A stretch of 63,639 nt of DNA, filler included, from Licmophora abbreviata (Eukaryota): NCBI GenBank assembly GCA_900291995.1. It is 7 parts of 7 records of this genome, joined end to end, with 100 filler letters (N's around TTAATTAATTAA, not from the genome) between each part and the next. Parts side by side here need not be neighbours in the genome. Positions count along the whole stretch, not along the records: positions 60,949 to 63,639 come from OLMU01000974.1; 6 more parts are not named here. One strand, written 5' to 3'. Below are positions 60,949-63,639 of this stretch, one piece after another. The notes under the pieces are model-generated. The model was not told where the DNA came from and did no database searches. It saw only the letters and a list, made by a program, of their open reading frames with translations. How positions within the stretch are numbered: the first letter of the stretch is position 1; each line of letters starts with the position of its first letter. The position numbers and the translations under genes were made by a program.

Positions 60949-60981
60949 GGGGTATTTGACCCAAGAAGAAGGAGCAACGGG

Positions 60982-61776
60982 ATGCAGCCAGTCGACGTGA
61001 GGCGTGGTGATGGTCCGGTGGTTCTGGGCCTGCCCCATACGGGCACATATGTGCCACAGGATATCCGGACGCGGCTGAATGAACGAGGCCGCACTCTGGC
61101 CGATACGGATTGGAACATTCACAAACTCTATGACGGGCTGCTGGAGGGTGCGACGACGGTGCGCGCGACCTTCCATCGCTACGTGATCGACGCCAATCGC
61201 GATCCGTCGGGGCAGAGCCTTTATCCCGGGCAGAACACCACCGGACTTGTGCCGCTGACGGATTTCGACGGGGAGCCGATCTGGAACGAGGCGCCGTCGG
61301 GCGGCGAGGTGGAGCATCGGCGCGAGACATGGCACGCGCCTTATCACGCGGCGCTGTGGGAGGAGTTGGACCGCGTGCAGCGAAGGCACGGGGTTGCGGT
61401 GCTGTATGATTGCCATTCGATCCGGTCGCGCATTCCGTTCCTGTTCGAGGGCACGCTGCCGGATTTCAACATCGGCACCAATGGCGGCACGACCTGCGCG
61501 CCAGCGATCACGGTGGCGGTCGAAGAGGTCTGCCGCGCGGCGCAAGGATATACGAGCGTGGTCGATGGCCGCTTCAAGGGGGGCTGGACCACGCGCCATT
61601 ACGGGCGGCCCGAAGAGGGGCTGCACGCGATCCAGATGGAGCTCGCGCAATCCGCCTATATGAGCGAGGCACCGCCATGGCCCTATCTGCATGAGCGCGC
61701 CGATGCGCTGCGCCCGCATCTTGCCGACATCCTGCAGCGTATCGAGCAGCTTGCCCTGAGAGGAGCTTTGACATGA
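60982..61776 (+). CDS. hutG: N-formylglutamate deformylase (bacterial)
   Basis: [70 protein letters not shown] Shine-Dalgarno upstream. Confidence 0.93.
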   Translation: MQPVDVRRGDGPVVLGLPHTGTYVPQDIRTRLNERGRTLADTDWNIHKLYDGLLEGATTVRATFHRYVIDANRDPSGQSLYPGQNTTGLVPLTDFDGEPIWNEAPSGGEVEHRRETWHAPYHAALWEELDRVQRRHGVAVLYDCHSIRSRIPFLFEGTLPDFNIGTNGGTTCAPAITVAVEEVCRAAQGYTSVVDGRFKGGWTTRHYGRPEEGLHAIQMELAQSAYMSEAPPWPYLHERADALRPHLADILQRIEQLALRGALT

Positions 61777-63440
61777 GCGATCCCCGTCACAACATCCGAG
61801 ACATTTATCCTGACACCGGGTCCGAGATCACCGCCAAGCACTGGGTCACCGAAGCGCCGATGCGGATGCTGATGAACAACCTGCATCCCGACGTCGCCGA
61901 GAACCCGCATGAGCTGGTGGTTTATGGCGGGATCGGGCGCGCGGCGCGGACATGGGAGGATTTCGACCGGATCGTCGCCACGCTGAAAACGCTGGAAGAG
62001 GACGAAACCCTGCTGGTGCAATCGGGCAGGCCGGTGGGGGTGTTCCGCACCCACAAGGATGCGCCGCGCGTGCTGATCGCCAACTCGAACCTCGTGCCGC
62101 ATTGGGCCACCTGGGAGCATTTCAGCGAGCTCGATCGCAAGGGGCTGATGATGTACGGTCAGATGACCGCCGGGTCGTGGATCTATATCGGCAGCCAAGG
62201 CATCGTGCAGGGCACCTATGAGACCTTCGTCGAGGCGGGGCGCCAGCATTACGACGGCGATCTGAAGGGGCGGTGGATCCTGACCGGGGGGCTTGGCGGC
62301 ATGGGCGGCGCACAGCCGCTGGCGGCGGTCATGGCCGGGGCCTGCTGTCTGGCGGTGGAATGCGACGAGAGCCGCGCCGCGTTTCGCAAGCGGACGCGCT
62401 ATGTCGATGAGATCACCCATGATCTGGACGAGGCGCTGGCGATGATCGACCGCTGGACCAAGGCGGGAGAGGCGAAATCCGTGGGGCTGATCGGCAATGC
62501 GGCGGATGTCTTTCCCGAACTGGTGCGGCGCGGCGTGCGCCCCGATATCGTCACCGACCAGACCAGCGCGCATGATCCGGTGCATGGCTATCTGCCGCAA
62601 GGCTGGAGCGTGGCCGAGTGGCGCGCGAAGCAGGAGAGCGACCCCAAGGCGGTAGAGCGCGCCGCACGCGCCAGCATGTGCACCCATGTCCGGGCGATGG
62701 TGGATTTCTGGCGCGCCGGGGTGCCGACACTGGATTACGGCAACAACATCCGGCAGGTGGCCAAGGAGGAAGGGCTTCAGGATGCCTTTGCCTTTCCGGG
62801 TTTCGTGCCCGCCTATATCAGGCCGCTGTTCTGCCGGGGGATCGGGCCGTTTCGCTGGTGCGCGCTGTCGGGCGATCCGGAGGACATCTATCGCACCGAC
62901 GCCAAGGTCAAGGAGCTGATCGCGGACCCGCATCTGCACACCTGGCTGGACATGGCACGCGAGCGGATCGCCTTTCAGGGGTTGCCGGCGCGGATTTGCT
63001 GGGTGGGTCTGGGCCTGCGGCACAAGCTGGGGCTGGCGTTCAACGAGATGGTCCGCAATGGCGAGCTTTCGGCGCCGGTGGTGATCGGGCGCGATCATCT
63101 GGATTCGGGGTCGGTCGCATCGCCCAACCGCGAGACCGAGGCGATGCTGGACGGCTCGGACGCGGTGAGCGACTGGCCGCTGCTGAACGCTTTGCTGAAC
63201 ACCGCGAGCGGCGCGACATGGGTCAGCCTGCATCATGGCGGCGGCGTCGGCATGGGCTTCAGCCAGCATTCCGGCATGGTGATCTGTTGCGATGGCACCG
63301 AGGACGCCGACCGGCGCATCGAACGCGTGCTTTGGAACGATCCGGCAACCGGCGTCATGCGCCATGCCGATGCAGGCTATGAGATCGCGATCGACTGCGC
63401 GCGGGAACATGGGCTTAACCTGCCGGGTATCCTGAAATAA
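61773..63440 (+). CDS. hutU: Urocanate hydratase (bacterial)
   Basis: [67 protein letters not shown] overlap with hutG and AGGAG RBS. Confidence 0.97.
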   Translation: MSDPRHNIRDIYPDTGSEITAKHWVTEAPMRMLMNNLHPDVAENPHELVVYGGIGRAARTWEDFDRIVATLKTLEEDETLLVQSGRPVGVFRTHKDAPRVLIANSNLVPHWATWEHFSELDRKGLMMYGQMTAGSWIYIGSQGIVQGTYETFVEAGRQHYDGDLKGRWILTGGLGGMGGAQPLAAVMAGACCLAVECDESRAAFRKRTRYVDEITHDLDEALAMIDRWTKAGEAKSVGLIGNAADVFPELVRRGVRPDIVTDQTSAHDPVHGYLPQGWSVAEWRAKQESDPKAVERAARASMCTHVRAMVDFWRAGVPTLDYGNNIRQVAKEEGLQDAFAFPGFVPAYIRPLFCRGIGPFRWCALSGDPEDIYRTDAKVKELIADPHLHTWLDMARERIAFQGLPARICWVGLGLRHKLGLAFNEMVRNGELSAPVVIGRDHLDSGSVASPNRETEAMLDGSDAVSDWPLLNALLNTASGATWVSLHHGGGVGMGFSQHSGMVICCDGTEDADRRIERVLWNDPATGVMRHADAGYEIAIDCAREHGLNLPGILK

Positions 63441-63444
63441 CCCG

Positions 63445-63473
63445 CGCCGGGATCTGTCGCGGTCTGCCCGGCG
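63445..63473 (+). terminator. GC-rich inverted repeat after hutU (possible terminator or RNA stem)
   Basis: CGCCGGG (63445-63451) pairs with CCCGGCG (63467-63473); no U-tract. Confidence 0.3.
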
Positions 63474-63541
63474 ACAAGCTGCAAGCGACGAGATCCCTTT
63501 GGAAGACAAATGAAGAAACTGTTCAACAAGGAGACCCGAAA

Positions 63542-63639
63542 ATGAAAAGACGCGACTTTCTGAAGACCGGCGCCGCAGGCGCCACGGGTGCGGCACTGGC
63601 CAGTCCGGCGCTGGCGCAGGACATTAATCAATGGACGAT
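63542..63639 (+). CDS. Tat-exported periplasmic protein, probably a TRAP transporter solute-binding subunit (5' end only)
   Basis: MKRRDFLK twin-arginine motif, ASPALAQ cleavage site, then INQWT; AGGAG RBS upstream. Confidence 0.6.
   Translation, partial: MKRRDFLKTGAAGATGAALASPALAQDINQWT

Noticed and set aside
61683..63596. 637-aa antisense ORF over hutU (also 62618-63382 and 60901-61719)
   Set aside because: Shadow ORFs expected from GC-rich codon usage; no recognisable motifs.
60849..63639. Horizontal transfer of hutGU into the diatom
   Set aside because: The only link is an artificial linker, and the genes keep fully bacterial signals.
1..63639. tRNA, rRNA or transposable elements
   Set aside because: No cloverleaf, rRNA signature, transposase, reverse transcriptase or terminal repeat was recognised by eye; a scan could still find small RNAs.

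Overview
This window is not one continuous molecule. It has seven pieces joined by six identical artificial 100-nt linkers (44 N + TTAATTAATTAA + 44 N). Pieces 1-6 (1-60848) are gene-dense eukaryotic DNA with short GT-AG introns (mostly 75-130 nt) and bipartite plastid-targeting presequences. A VDL2-ZEP1 pair makes a diatom the most likely source. About 30 genes can be modelled with frame-consistent exons, including a RING-H2 ligase, PPIL2, FNTA, a TLC protein, UPF3-like, a YafJ-like class II GATase, GST omega, a DEAD-box helicase, VDL2, ZEP1, TTC4/CNS1, RPL23A, UDP-sugar pyrophosphorylase, a class-3 lipase, VPS33, an EXS protein, PRP6, a ~2350-aa multi-reader chromatin protein, INTS2-like, an RBR ligase, two paralogous ARM proteins, an FKBP and RPB7. 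Piece 7 (60949-63639) is GC-rich, intron-less bacterial DNA (hutG-hutU plus the start of a Tat-exported TRAP-type binding protein), most simply a co-assembled bacterium. The most interesting observations are: a tandem pair of unannotated plastid-targeted paralogs; a UDP-sugar pyrophosphorylase ending in a CaaX box (CGCAIL); a Tma17/Adc17-like protein ending in an HbYX motif; an exact 12-mer E2F-type motif in three promoters; the unusual domain layout of the chromatin protein; and a divergent Integrator subunit. All family calls are from motif recognition by eye; no database search was run.
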